A stretch of 63,361 nt of DNA, filler included, from Octopus bimaculoides (taxonomy: Eukaryota), in assembly GCF_001194135.2 (NCBI RefSeq). It is 4 parts of 4 records of this genome, joined end to end, with 100 filler letters (N's around TTAATTAATTAA, not from the genome) between each part and the next. Parts side by side here need not be neighbours in the genome. Positions count along the whole stretch, not along the records: positions 21,132 to 50,521 come from NC_068998.1; positions 50,622 to 58,932 come from NC_068996.1; 2 more parts are not named here. The stretch is one strand, 5' to 3'. Numbering within the stretch: position 1 is the stretch's first letter; every line of letters starts with the position of its first letter. This document shows positions 38,593-51,850 of the stretch, piece by piece. A model generated the notes under the pieces. It saw nothing but the letters and a program-made list of their open reading frames with translations, was not told the DNA's origin and ran no database searches. A program made the position numbers and the translations under genes.

Positions 38593-39267
38593 TTATATAC
38601 ACACACACAAATATATATGGTGCGCGCGCACTTGGTTGTGTGGCTAAAAGCGGCTGATCGTACGAATGAGTTAATATTTCACAGCGGAATAATAATAGAG
38701 GAACTAACAACAGTTTTTATAAGAGATTAAACAAAATAACGACAAGAACAATAACAGCGACAATACGAACATTATCCGCAGCCCCTTTTAGCTCCTAACC
38801 CCTTACACAAACGCAAGATGATTGAGCTTCAATCTCCGAACGAAGTTCTGCAAAAGTGATCTTTGCCAGAATTTAGTTGCAGGTTAGCTGAAGCGACGCT
38901 ATCATTGGCACATTTAGTTCAAGTACTTTGCACGTCTGACAACGGCTAACATCAACTAAATATCAACTCACGCGTGTCCTATTATCTTATCCTCCTGCTT
39001 TCCCCGTCTCTTTGTCTTCCAGCAGTTATCCTTCCATAACACGTTTTGACAGGCACCTGTGTTTGCTATTATGTATGCGTACCACTATATACGTTCATAC
39101 ATACATACATACATATATACATACAAATTCATATATAGATAGGTGAAGAAACATATTTATACACACACATATACATATATACATAATTGCACATATATAT
39201 TGGTATGTGTATATATAGACATATATATGTACATGAACGTGTGCGAATATATACATACACACGTACG

Positions 39268-39319
<52 letters not shown>

Positions 39320-39744
39320 CATCTATACTCTTTTACTCTTTTACTTGTTTCAGTCATTTGACTGCGGCCATGCTGGAGCACCGCCTTTAGTCGAGCAATG
39401 TATGTATGTATATATAAAAACACATGTATGTATATATAAAACACATACGTTCAGACACATGGTTGACATATTGCTTCACACACACACACACACACACACA
39501 GTTTCACATATACACTCTCTGTCATAAACACGCTTGCACTAAGCACACGCTTACTCGCACAACCACACACACTGTATGCAAACACACACATACACACATT
39601 TAACAACATACTCATATGCTAAAAAGAACAAAATACGAAAGCCTCTGCCGAGTACTCTTTCGAAGTGCTCCGAGTTTGCTGAGAGATAAAGGAAGCCCCG
39701 AATAATGCTCATGGCCGAGAAGAGTGTTAATTATACGCAACAAA

Positions 39745-40046
39745 GCCGGGTAAATTCGATTACAGGTAAGTTCACCGCGCGGATGGTTTGCCGAGATAAT
39801 ATATCCACAGTATCTCACCATTAAGAGTAAAACACTATTTTATTGGAAAAGCAAACAAAACAACAACAACACTACCACCAACAACGAGAAAATGGTAAAT
39901 TTATGACGGTAAACTTTTCCTGCGGTGAATTGATAACAATGGAATTTTCTCTGCAGTGCACTGATGACGATGAACTTTACCTTCAGAGAATTGTTGATGG
40001 TGAACTGATGACGGTGAACTTACCGGACCTAGTTAAATTCACCCGA
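39745..40046. mobile_element. Small MITE-like element
   Basis: ~32-bp imperfect inverted ends (ccgggtaaattcgattacaggtaagttcaccg / cggtgaacttaccggacctagttaaattcacccg) and internal gatgacggtgaac repeats. Confidence 0.45.
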
Positions 40047-40584
40047 GAACCAGATGGTTATAAAAGTCAGGTCTGAAAGTCTGCAATGGAATATTATGTA
40101 CACTCCGCCGCCAATAAGATTCCATACAGTTTCCGTCCATTCCACCAAACTGCATTCACAGGGAATCCTCTTGAAGCACCTCTGCTCATTCCATTATTTA
40201 AAACAAGGTGATATTTTTTCGAACGTAGTAATGCCATTAGAATAGCAGAAATTGTGGGTGAATTACCATTACAAGGAGGAAAAATTTGTCAACAAACAGT
40301 CATGGGACTCGAACACACATCCTCCAAGTATTTTACAATTAAGCTAAACTGCCCGTTGACAAATTCATCCACCATTTCAGACGCTAAATAGCTTTTTGGA
40401 CAACCACGTGTGTATAAATATAAACAAACAAGCACGTGGTTATATTAGAGGCGTCGAAATGTGTATTGTACGATGCAAACATGACGATAGTATTTTTATT
40501 CCAAACGCAGTAACGCCGTTGGGATAGTAGACATTGTGGGTAAGTATTACCCTTAAAAGGCAGAAAATTGTTACCAAACAACTA

Positions 40585-40731
40585 TGGGAGTCGGACCCAG
40601 CTGAGTGGACTGAAGCAACGTGAAATGAAGTGTTTCGCCCAAGAATACAATGCGATGTCCGGTACAGGAATCGAAACTCCCATCTTACGGTCATGAATCA
40701 GTCACCATAACCACTAAGCCACCTGCCTCCA
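40585..40731 (-). mobile_element. tRNA-derived SINE, family E
   Basis: Minus head gtggaggcaggtggcttagtggttatgg…gagtttcgattcc. Confidence 0.75.
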
Positions 40732-40841
40732 CACATGTGTGTATATATGTATATATACACGCACATATACTTATATAGATATATTTATATATCATATTTT
40801 TTATATGTTTTATATAATACACATATATGTATGTGTGCGTT

Positions 40842-40908
<67 letters not shown>

Positions 40909-41659
40909 ACACCCACTGAAATAAACTGACAGCTCAACATTGCAGCCACTGTAGCAGACGACACTGACATAGAGAAATTTATATAAACAAACACAAGTAA
41001 CACACGTAACACTCACGCACTTACCTACATACGTACATACGTACATACATACATTCACATGTAAGCCTATATACGTCCTTGTATATATCAATTTGTGTGT
41101 GTATTTATTTATATATATATACGTGTGTATCTCAATGTGTATATATGTTTTTATTTATATTGGAAGCCTCATGACACGACACATGTTATTATGTGTTTAG
41201 CTATATCCAGAAATTGTATTAATGCTATAAACCCGAGCTTTAATTCCTCTCCTACAGAATTATTTTTTTGAAAATCCCTTGCATACACTGAAATAATCTC
41301 CATTAGCGAGCAATTAACAGTCAATAAACGAGTCTTTATTTATGCCGTCAGTCCACGTGGAGATAGATTATACTTAATAGAATACAAGCAAACAGCATTT
41401 TAACAACTTTTCAACAACCGGCTCTTGAAATTTTATAGTGTGTTACAGTCAATCACAGAGCGTTAACTTAACGTCTGTTAGACCTGCCAACAGATTTGGT
41501 ATATTGCTATTTATATAATTTATATACACACATGCATGCATACATACATACATACGTACTTACGTACGTACGTACATACAGACGTACTTACGTACGTACG
41601 TACATACATACATACTTACGTAGGTACGTACATACATACATACAGACATACATACATAG

Positions 41660-42588
41660 AAAAGTACCCAGTTGATGTTGAAATTCCAATGAAGGAACAT
41701 GGGATCTCGGTTAGAAACCGGCTCTTTCAAGAAATCTTGAAATAAGACTGAATAACTACATACATACATGCATACATGCATGCATACATACATACATACA
41801 TACATACATACATACATACACACACACACTTACAAAAATACCCTGTTGATATTGAAAATCCAATAAAAGAGTCTTGGATATAAGTTAGAAACCAACTCTT
41901 TATTGGCAAGAAATCTTGAAATTACACTGAACAGCGACATATATACATACACTCATACATACATACATACATACATACGTTCATACATACATATAAAAAG
42001 GAATACAAAAAATGGGACAAGAACGCAAAACATCCAGACAGATGATGCAAAAAAGGGACAAGACAAAACAAGGACGGGTTATTCGGAGTTTTTTCTCTTC
42101 AATCGAGTTCCAGATTATCATTGCAATTTCGACTAGTTATACTCGAGATTGCTCCAATCTGGCCAGCCCGAAGGTAAAACTAAGCTAAGAGCACTAGATT
42201 CCTTGGAAGAAAGCAGCGAATGTATACGAAAACAAGGATGGAAAAAAAAACGGAGAAATGGTACACAAATACAACTGCAAATAACAGGACATTAAGGACG
42301 AATTAAATCAAACTGGCGTGTGTGCAAAAGTAGCCGGTTGATGTTGAAAATCCAATGAAGGAGTCTTGGACATAGGTTAGAAACCAGCTCTTTATTTGCA
42401 AGAAATCTTGAAATAAAACTTAATAACTACATTCATACATACGTACATACTTACATACGTACATACATACATACGTACATACATACAAACAAAATACTCT
42501 GGTGTTGATGTTGAAATTCCAATGAAGGAACCTTGGATCTAGGTTAGAAACCGGTTCTTTCTGCATTGGCGAGAAATCTTGAAATAAA
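41660..42588 (+). repeat. Four same-orientation ~100-bp copies of the R4-like 3'-terminal motif separated mostly by (CATA)n
   Basis: Copies at 41660-756, 41834-933, 42325-426 and 42490-588 match 34608-34695 (gttgatgttgaaattccaatgaagg…ggttagaaacc…aagaaatcttg). Confidence 0.88.
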
Positions 42589-43401
42589 TGGTTGAGGGTC
42601 ACAATCAGGCAAACAGCTACGGATAGAAAGAGGTAGAGAGATAGACAGTCGTAAGGAAAAACAGCCAAAAAGATAGACAGACAGATGGACAGACGGACAG
42701 ATTGAGACACAGACTGAGCAAGAGAACCAGTGGTAGTGTCTTGGTCTTGGCCGTAGCTCCTCTGTTGATGGTGTTATTTCTCTTTGTTGTAAAACGAAAT
42801 GTGTGGTCGACGAGTTATTTTATGTTTACAGTGAGATGACATTGTGATTTTCTACTCCGAGTCACACGAGTAAACACTGGTAAGAGGAAAAGTAAACAAC
42901 CAGGAGCTAGGAGCTGCATCACCACCATCATCGTCGTCGTCGTCGTCGCTGCTATCACCATCATCACCACCATCATCGTCGTCGTCGTCGTCGTCATCAT
43001 CATCATCATAACCATCATCACGATCACCATCGTCGTCGTCGTCAGCATCATCATCATCATCACCACCATCCTTATCCTCTCACCGCTAACACTACCACCA
43101 ACATCATCATTACCATCATCACAGTCATCACCATCATCCTCATCATCATCGTTACCACCACCATGCTCATAAGTTATATGTTCACCACCACCACTACCAC
43201 CACCACCACCGCAGCAGCATCAATAATAATAACAGCAACAACAACTACAATAACAACATCAATATCAATATTAAGAGATTCTTTAACTGAAATATATTCA
43301 ATACAAACGACAAATGTATTTTTTCCGCTCATTACCGTTGAAAGCATAACACTGGAGGGTGAGGGGACGGGGAAGCCAGGTGGATAAGTCTGCATATACA
43401 T

Positions 43402-43449
<48 letters not shown>

Positions 43450-44016
43450 NNNNNNNNNNNNNNNNNNNNNNNNNNNNNNNNNNNNNNNNNNNNNNNNNNN
43501 NNNNNNNNNNNNNNNNNNNNNNNNNNNNNNNNNNNNNNNNNNNNNNNNNNNNNNNNNNNNNNNNNNNNNNNNNNNNNNNNNNNNNNNNNNNNNNNNNNNN
43601 NNNNNNNNNNNNNNNNNNNNNNNNNNNNNNNNNNNNNNNNNNNNNNNNNNNNNNNNNNNNNNNNNNNNNNNNNNNNNNNNNNNNNNNNNNNNNNNNNNNN
43701 NNNNNNNNNNNNNNNNNNNNNNNNNNNNNNNNNNNNNNNNNNNNNNNNNNNNNNNNNNNNNNNNNNNNNNNNNNNNNNNNNNNNNNNNNNNNNNNNNNNN
43801 NNNNNNNNNNNNNNNNNNNNNNNNNNNNNNNNNNNNNNNNNNNNNNNNNNNNNNNNNNNNNNNNNNNNNNNNNNNNNNNNNNNNNNNNNNNNNNNNNNNN
43901 NNNNNNNNNNNNNNNNNNNNNNNNNNNNNNNNNNNNNNNNNNNNNNNNNNNNNNNNNNNNNNNNNNNNNNNNNNNNNNNNNNNNNNNNNNNNNNNNNNNN
44001 NNNNNNNNNNNNNNNN

Positions 44017-44084
<68 letters not shown>

Positions 44085-44259
44085 ATATATATATTTATGT
44101 CTTCGTAAACTAGCAGTTCGGCCCCAAAAGATCGATAAAATAAATACAAGTTTGCAAGAAATAATTTTATTAAAGCTGTAAAGATACTTTCTCAACTGTT
44201 ACCTGGAGTTTCATGTTATTGCTCATTAGACAGTTATGATGATGCTGTATTGATCACCT

Positions 44260-44297
44260 TTGTCTGATGAACGATTACGTGAAACCCTGAGTAGCAG
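44260..44297 (+). ncRNA. Very compact hammerhead-like motif
   Basis: ttgt CTGATGA acg atta cgt GAAA CCCTGA GTA gcag; core intact, stems weak; stem III resembles the 7628 motif. Confidence 0.5.
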
Positions 44298-44300
44298 TTT

Positions 44301-44577
44301 ATTCTTTTACTTGTTTCAGTCATTTGACTGCAGCCATGCTGGAGCACGGCCTTTCTAGTCAAGCAAATCGACCACAGGAATTATTCTTTGTAAGCCTAGT
44401 ACTTATTCTATCGGTATCTTTTGCCGAACGGCTAAGTTACGGGGACCTAAACACACCAGCATCGGTTGTCAAGCGATGCTGGAGGGACAAATACAGACAC
44501 ACAAACATATACATACACACATATATATATATACATATATACGACGGGTTCTTTCAGTTTCCGTCTACCAAATCCAC
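44301..44577 (-). mobile_element. Family-B composite SINE (head lost in gap)
   Basis: Tail, then internal CA/TA microsatellite, then gacgggttctttcagtttccgtctacc; further head fragments at 46568-46665, 50955-51110 and 60047-60210. Confidence 0.85.
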
Positions 44578-45087
44578 NNNNNNNNNNGTGTGTGTGTGTG
44601 TGTGTGTTTGTGTGTGTGTTTGTGTGTGTGTGTGTGCATTTATATATTTGTACACGTGTGTGAGCACAATTATTCCTTCTTTCAATTCTCGATATTTTCT
44701 ATTTTCTCTCTAAATATAGCCTTTCACACACACACACACACACAATTTACTTACTGTATTTAATACTTCTGTGTTTAATCCAGTCCTATTTCTAATTACA
44801 TCCCTGTGTCGTCCATTTTTGTTCTTTTATGTATTCCTCACTGTTTGCTGCATATTGTTGTTGTTGATATTGTTGTGTCTTTAGTGTTTTTTCGTGCCGT
44901 TAATATCGTCGCTATTGTTATCGGTGAGTCGTTAATGAGGTTGGTTTTGATTCATTGTCTTTGACGGATGCCAAAGTGACCAATATCTTATGATAACTCG
45001 TCAATTACAGTGATCTAAGGCCATCTTCAAATAGAAATTTCTCTATATACTTTTACGCATACATAATGCACACAAGTAAGTACATAC

Positions 45088-45158
<71 letters not shown>

Positions 45159-46152
45159 NNNNNNNNNNNNNNNNNNNNNNNNNNNNNNNNNNNNNNNNNN
45201 NNNNNNNNNNNNNNNNNNNNNNNNNNNNNNNNNNNNNNNNNNNNNNNNNNNNNNNNNNNNNNNNNNNNNNNNNNNNNNNNNNNNNNNNNNNNNNNNNNNN
45301 NNNNNNNNNNNNNNNNNNNNNNNNNNNNNNNNNNNNNNNNNNNNNNNNNNNNNNNNNNNNNNNNNNNNNNNNNNNNNNNNNNNNNNNNNNNNNNNNNNNN
45401 NNNNNNNNNNNNNNNNNNNNNNNNNNNNNNNNNNNNNNNNNNNNNNNNNNNNNNNNNNNNNNNNNNNNNNNNNNNNNNNNNNNNNNNNNNNNNNNNNNNN
45501 NNNNNNNNNNNNNNNNNNNNNNNNNNNNNNNNNNNNNNNNNNNNNNNNNNNNNNNNNNNNNNNNNNNNNNNNNNNNNNNNNNNNNNNNNNNNNNNNNNNN
45601 NNNNNNNNNNNNNNNNNNNNNNNNNNNNNNNNNNNNNNNNNNNNNNNNNNNNNNNNNNNNNNNNNNNNNNNNNNNNNNNNNNNNNNNNNNNNNNNNNNNN
45701 NNNNNNNNNNNNNNNNNNNNNNNNNNNNNNNNNNNNNNNNNNNNNNNNNNNNNNNNNNNNNNNNNNNNNNNNNNNNNNNNNNNNNNNNNNNNNNNNNNNN
45801 NNNNNNNNNNNNNNNNNNNNNNNNNNNNNNNNNNNNNNNNNNNNNNNNNNNNNNNNNNNNNNNNNNNNNNNNNNNNNNNNNNNNNNNNNNNNNNNNNNNN
45901 NNNNNNNNNNNNNNNNNNNNNNNNNNNNNNNNNNNNNNNNNNNNNNNNNNNNNNNNNNNNNNNNNNNNNNNNNNNNNNNNNNNNNNNNNNNNNNNNNNNN
46001 NNNNNNNNNNNNNNNNNNNNNNNNNNNNNNNNNNNNNNNNNNNNNNNNNNNNNNNNNNNNNNNNNNNNNNNNNNNNNNNNNNNNNNNNNNNNNNNNNNNN
46101 NNNNNNNNNNNNNNNNNNNNNNNNNNNNNNNNNNNNNNNNNNNNNNNNNNNN

Positions 46153-46212
<60 letters not shown>

Positions 46213-46478
46213 ATATATATACTACACACACACATATATATGTATATATACTACATATATACGTATATAAATTTATGTACAAATACGCATATACATATAC
46301 ACACATGTATGCATATATACATATGTATATATATGTATGTATATATCTATCTATCTATCTATCTTTCTCTCTGTCTCTCTCTCTCTCTTCATATATATAT
46401 ATATATATACCCATATATAAACATATACATGCATATATGCATACATATATATTTATATATCTATATACACATATATAA

Positions 46479-46512
<34 letters not shown>

Positions 46513-46795
46513 GTACACATATACATTTACATATATATGTGAGTGAATGTTTGTGTGCNNNNNNNNNNTTTTGTTAGAGTTTCCGTCTACCAAATCCACT
46601 CACAAAGCTTTGGTCGGCCCGAGGCTACAGCAGAAGACACTTGCCCAAGGTGGTACTGAGCCCTTGAAACGGATTTTGTTTCTTTACCCAGAACACAGGA
46701 CATGCCTTGTCAGTTACTTTTCATGAAGCAGACAATTGAAACCTCAGGACACTGCATGTAAAACGACTATTCGTTTTAATGGCCTTAGTCTCAGC

Positions 46796-47222
46796 TAAGG
46801 CGGCGAGCTAGCAGAATCGTTAGCGCGGCGGGCAAAATGCTTACCGGCATTTCATCCGTCTTTATATTCTAAGTTGAAATCCTACTGGGGTCAACTTTGC
46901 CTTTTTTCCTTTCGGGGTCAGTTAAATAAGTACCAATTGTGTTCTGAAGATTGATATCATCTAATTAGCCTCTCACCCGAAATAGCTGGCCTTGGGCCAC
47001 TAAGGCGGTGAGCTGGCAGAATCGTTAATGCGGCGGGCAAAACGCTCAGCGGGATTTCGCCCGTCTTTACGTCCCGAGTTCAAATTCCGCCTAGGTCAAC
47101 TTTGCCTTTCGTCCTTTCGGGATCGATAAAACAAGTACCAGTTGCGTACTGGGGTCGATTTCCTCGACTCCACCCTTCCTCCAAAACTGCAAGTCATGGA
47201 CCAAAATTTGTAACCAATATCT
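46796..47222 (+). mobile_element. Two tandem family-A SINEs
   Basis: Heads taaggcggcgagctagcagaatcg (46796) and taaggcggtgagctggcagaatcg (47001). Confidence 0.88.
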
Positions 47223-48430
47223 TTGCATCAGTTCAGACTTGATTCAAAAGACACGATTATAGGACAATTATCCATGACCATCACGTCTAATTTTCAAACA
47301 TCGTTTAACTCGGATTATTTTGACCAAAATACCCTTCCTTTTCTAAAGATAGTACAGCGTGGTTTGATGGTGATTTTGTTGTTATTTCTAGCATAGTGAA
47401 GATTCTAAGGCTCCAAGTTCGCTTGTTCCCCTTGCTGGTACTATAGCGTTTTGTTTTATTTGTGTTGTTGTTGGTAAAAGATTGTTTGTTATTGCTGATG
47501 CTGTGGTTTTGTTGTTGTTGTTGTTGTAATTGTTGTTGTTACTATTCATAGTCGTACTGTTGTAGTTGTTGCTGTTGTTGTTGTTGCTGTTGCTATGGTC
47601 GTCGTTTTTGTTTTTTCTCGTTGTTGTAATATGCACATCACCATCCGGTAGGCGGAGCTTAGCGCTTCACGGAAATAAAACACAAGATGAGAAATATTCA
47701 TCATTAATTAAAATAATTAATGATATTTTATAATTAATCAGTTTTGTTTATATTTTTTTTATATTAAAAAATAATTTTTTCTTTGTTTTTTTTTTATTTC
47801 TTCATTCTCGGGTGATTTATGTCTGATTGAATCATAATTTACAGAACCGTGGCACAATCAGTAAAGTAACAGACACAAGGATGTCAATGCAAATTTAACA
47901 TTATCAGTTCAATCCCAGTCGGAGGCAACATTGCATTTTTTTTCTGTTGCGGGGGTAGTTATTATAAATACCAGTTATATACTGTGGTAAATTTTACAAA
48001 ATATATCTCTCTTCTAATCCACCGATTCTTGTTTCTGCCATATTCTGGATAAACAATCGGTGAACAAAAGCAAACGAGTGGAGATGCGACTCGAACCACG
48101 AATAAATCACTTGTTGGACAACTGCCGAGTTTATTATACCATACTAGATGTGATAATGGTGTATACGACACGGGTGTGTTTAACCAGTGTGCAGAATTAT
48201 ATGAAGAGTGAGAGAGGAATTCCCTTGAGTGACCCGGGGAAAACAGCGAAAGAGAAGTTGAGTAAACCTGTTGACGAAATCTCTGTATTAAAAGTCGATC
48301 TGTTCTTGGGGCCCGTGGGAACGTAGCACTTAAGAATATAAACAGATGTAGGAAAGAAACAGAACCAAATAATACGCACACGTATACACACTCATACATA
48401 AACATATTAACATATAGATATATCTACATA

Positions 48431-48466
<36 letters not shown>

Positions 48467-48467
<1 letters not shown>

Positions 48468-48892
48468 GAGGAATGATCAATAAGTATCCGGACTGTTGCC
48501 ATGGTAACGAAGCAAGCTAAAGAACGCAGAATGAAGCCGCTTCGCACAATTTGACCTTGAACTCTGCCGTGCATGCGCACTAAATGTTAACGTTCTAGCT
48601 CACTTCCGCTGTTTACAGCAGTGCTTGGAAGGAAGGTATGTAGCGTGTGATCGTCGCATTGACCATGCCAGAGGAAGTTGTTGTCATGGCGATACCTGCT
48701 CGGAGGCCAACCCAAAGTGGCAGAAAGTGTGTGGAGAGGAGTGTATGAGCCGCACACAAGTGTTCGAGTGGTTCAGACGTTTCCAAGCTGGCCGAAAAAA
48801 CGTCGATATCGACGAATGTTCTGAGAGACACGCAACCAGCAGAACTGAGAAAAACACTGCAGATGTGCGTTCAGGTGAGAGGGGAAATTGTC
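48467..48892 (+). mobile_element. Third mariner, 5' fragment (TIR and HTH region)
   Basis: ta|tgaggaatgatcaataagtatccggac terminus; translation GEECMSRTQVFEWFRRFQAGRKNVDIDECSER…TSRTE; truncated by gap. Confidence 0.8.
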
Positions 48893-49083
48893 NNNNNNNN
48901 NNNNNNNNNNNNNNNNNNNNNNNNNNNNNNNNNNNNNNNNNNNNNNNNNNNNNNNNNNNNNNNNNNNNNNNNNNNNNNNNNNNNNNNNNNNNNNNNNNNN
49001 NNNNNNNNNNNNNNNNNNNNNNNNNNNNNNNNNNNNNNNNNNNNNNNNNNNNNNNNNNNNNNNNNNNNNNNNNNNNNNNNNNN

Positions 49084-49125
<42 letters not shown>

Positions 49126-49367
49126 GTGTATAGGTCAACATCTGTATACGCATACAGATATATACATATGCGCACATGTATATACACAGGCATATCTATC
49201 AAGATAAATATAGATTATATACATACACATACATAGATACATATATATATTTACGTATGTATATATATATCCTCATACATACACACATATATATCCACAT
49301 ACATACATGCAAATACACACATGCATGCATACATACATACATACATACTCAAATACACACACAAACT

Positions 49368-49405
<38 letters not shown>

Positions 49406-49736
49406 TACACCTTTATACATGCGTACAGTATGTCTCATAAAACACTAGAAATGATATATAGACATTGACAAACCAACAACACTACAATGGCGGTTTCTCC
49501 CTCTTCTAATGATTTTACCAGAATAATTCACAAATGCCATCACCACTCCCCCTCCTCCTTCCCATCGTCCTCCTTCTTCCGCCTCCTCCTTCCTCCACTT
49601 CCTCCTCTACCCCCTCTTCTTCCCCCTCTCTTTTATACAAACTCTACTGACACCTTTTCCAAATTTTACCCCCATATTTCTATCATCTTCTTTGAAATTA
49701 TGGTTTCCTTTCTTTCTTTCTTTCTTTCTTTCTTTC

Positions 49737-49932
49737 AAGCTTCTTTTGTTTTATACTTATTCTCGTTTATTTCATAAAACATAGCAAGTCGTATTTTATT
49801 TGAGGGAAGTTTGGCTGTCACTTCTAACAGATGGAAAAGACATGTAGAAGAAACTCTCCTGCTTTCTCGTTGTTTTCCATTTAAGAGAAATCTTACATAT
49901 TTTTACTGTTCCCCTCACAGATTGCCCTTGTA
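49737..49932 (-). mobile_element. R4/Dong-like 3' fragment (third family) ending in (GAAA)n
   Basis: Minus strand GQSVRGTVKICK, homologous to SITGTVKICK at 34.4 kb; distinct 3' UTR followed by (GAAA)7 at 49709-49736. Confidence 0.6.
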
Positions 49933-49963
49933 ATGTACGAATTAGCCGGTTTGAAATTTCCTC

Positions 49964-50012
49964 AAGACACCTGATGAAGGCTGGAGGGTATATCAGCCGA
50001 AACATTGTGTTA
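49964..50012 (+). ncRNA. Minimal type-I hammerhead motif in PLE-type pLTR fragment (49945-50065)
   Basis: aagacac CTGATGA a ggctg gagggtatat cagcc GAAA C aTT gtgtt; one G>A change relative to the AACGTT palindrome seen in the 13855 copy. Confidence 0.65.
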
Positions 50013-50152
50013 ACAACAAACAAGATGAGGACAAATATCCGTCAAATGTAAATAATGTAAATAAAATGCACCAACTATTTTTAGATCCTAGAATGGCGGG
50101 TTGTACCAGAGACACTGGGCAGGGGCTATCTGAAATTTACCTCTATAAACAT

Positions 50153-50232
50153 CGTGGCACTCCGTCGGTTACGACGATGAGGGTTCCAGTTGATCCGATC
50201 AACGGAACACCCTGCCCGTGAAATTAATTCGC
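50153..50232 (-). mobile_element. Family-D SINE 3' tail fragment
   Basis: ggcactccgtcggttacgacgatgagggttccagttgatccgatcaacgg matches the tails at 14.8 and 62.1 kb. Confidence 0.8.
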
Positions 50233-50475
50233 AAGTGACTGAGCAATCGTCAGGTTATTAATTTCTTCATTTAAAATTCGTCTATTCAAAAAATTAGTAC
50301 GAGATTTGAAATATCATGGGAAATCCCAAATAACATATACTTTCAATGTTTTACAATTAATTTCAATGTATCGCTATCAAATTATATTTATTTAAAGTGT
50401 TCTAAACGTATATGTAACAAAATCAGTATGCAGTGATATCCAACACAAAATACATATTAATAGTATGTGTGTATA

Positions 50476-50521
<46 letters not shown>

Positions 50522-50621
50522 NNNNNNNNNNNNNNNNNNNNNNNNNNNNNNNNNNNNNNNNNNNNTTAATTAATTAANNNNNNNNNNNNNNNNNNNNNNN
50601 NNNNNNNNNNNNNNNNNNNNN

Positions 50622-50661
<40 letters not shown>

Positions 50662-51318
50662 TTGCAAGATTATTGGCTAAACTGGCAATATGACCATCCC
50701 CAAGTACAACAACATATATATATATATATATACATACATGTGTCTTGCAAACAAGTGTATGGGGTCATCAGGAGAGAATGCGCGCCGTTTCGGGGCCTAC
50801 CTCTCGACGGCATCAATGCGCACCGGCCCCCCTCACTGATATGAGGCCCTGCTTGCTAGATCAACTGATTATTAAAACAAAGCTCAATATTTCTCTAGCC
50901 ATCGCTCATCGTCTCTTTTTAATATATCTATTATATTAATAGATATATGTCCTTAGGCTTCCACCCAGTTTCCACCTAGCAAATTCTTTCACAAGACACT
51001 GGTCAGTCTTGGGCTATAGTAGAAGACACTTGCTGAAGGTGCAGTGCAGTGAGACTGAAACCCAAACCACATACTTGCGAGGTGAACTTCTTAACTACAC
51101 AGCCATGGAGTTGGAAAGAAGATCGATGACAACGAGAGAAGAGATCCAGAGGATAGGAGAGGGTTAAGAGTCAGTCATTAGAAAGACATGAAAGTTACAA
51201 GAAAACAACACATGTAAGTTACACAGAAGCCAGAAAGGTTGTAAAGAAGGAGGTGGAAAAGGCACAAAGCGACGTGTATGAAAATGTTTGGAGAATGTAT
51301 GAATCCAGAGGTCTTTAA

Positions 51319-51850
51319 CCTTTTAGATTCCAACCATGATATAAATTCACTTCTTTAAAATTAAAATATTTCGTTTTTGGATTTTGTTTGCAAGATTTTT
51401 TATGTGATTTCGTGTGTTGAAGCATATTCTGTTGTGTCTGGGAGAGTAATTTTCTTATTGTGCCTTGAAATTTAACACACTCACCATTAAAATTTCCACT
51501 TATTTCTTATTTTCATTTTCCTAAAATTTTCGTTGCGTCTTGCAACCTTTTCAATAGTCTTGACTGTCAAGACTATTGAAAAGATTGCAAGACGCAACAA
51601 AAATTTTAGGAAAATAAGAAATAAGTGGAAATTTTAACGGTGAGTGTGTTAAATTTCAAGGCACAATAAGAAAATGACTCTCCCCTGACACAACATAAAA
51701 TTAAAATGTTCCCCCAAAATTTCATGTTAGTTTCATTCCCCAACTCTGGTTTAATAATAGGAAGGTTATTTTACTAAACTTTCTCTGTTACTTTCAAAAT
51801 TAATTGACACAAAGACCGTTTACTTCAACAGAAATATGTTAACAGAAGGG
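51319..51850. mobile_element. piggyBac-type MITE containing an inserted palindrome
   Basis: TTAA|ccttttag (51315) … cagaaggg|TTAA (51854). Confidence 0.5.
51430..51695. repeat. Near-perfect 266-bp palindrome with a 1-nt spacer
   Basis: Centre …caatagtcttgac T gtcaagactattg… at 51565; arms ~135 and ~130 bp. Confidence 0.95.

Noticed and set aside
41660-42588. CRISPR-like appearance of repeated ~100-bp units with intervening sequence
   Set aside because: Units are too long and diverged, spacers are microsatellite, there are no cas genes, and the unit matches a retrotransposon 3' end at 34.6 kb
47962-48332. Strong minus-strand acceptor followed by a ~120-codon open frame
   Set aside because: No convincing donor or recognisable protein, and frame not compatible with the 58.6-kb exon; left as unsupported
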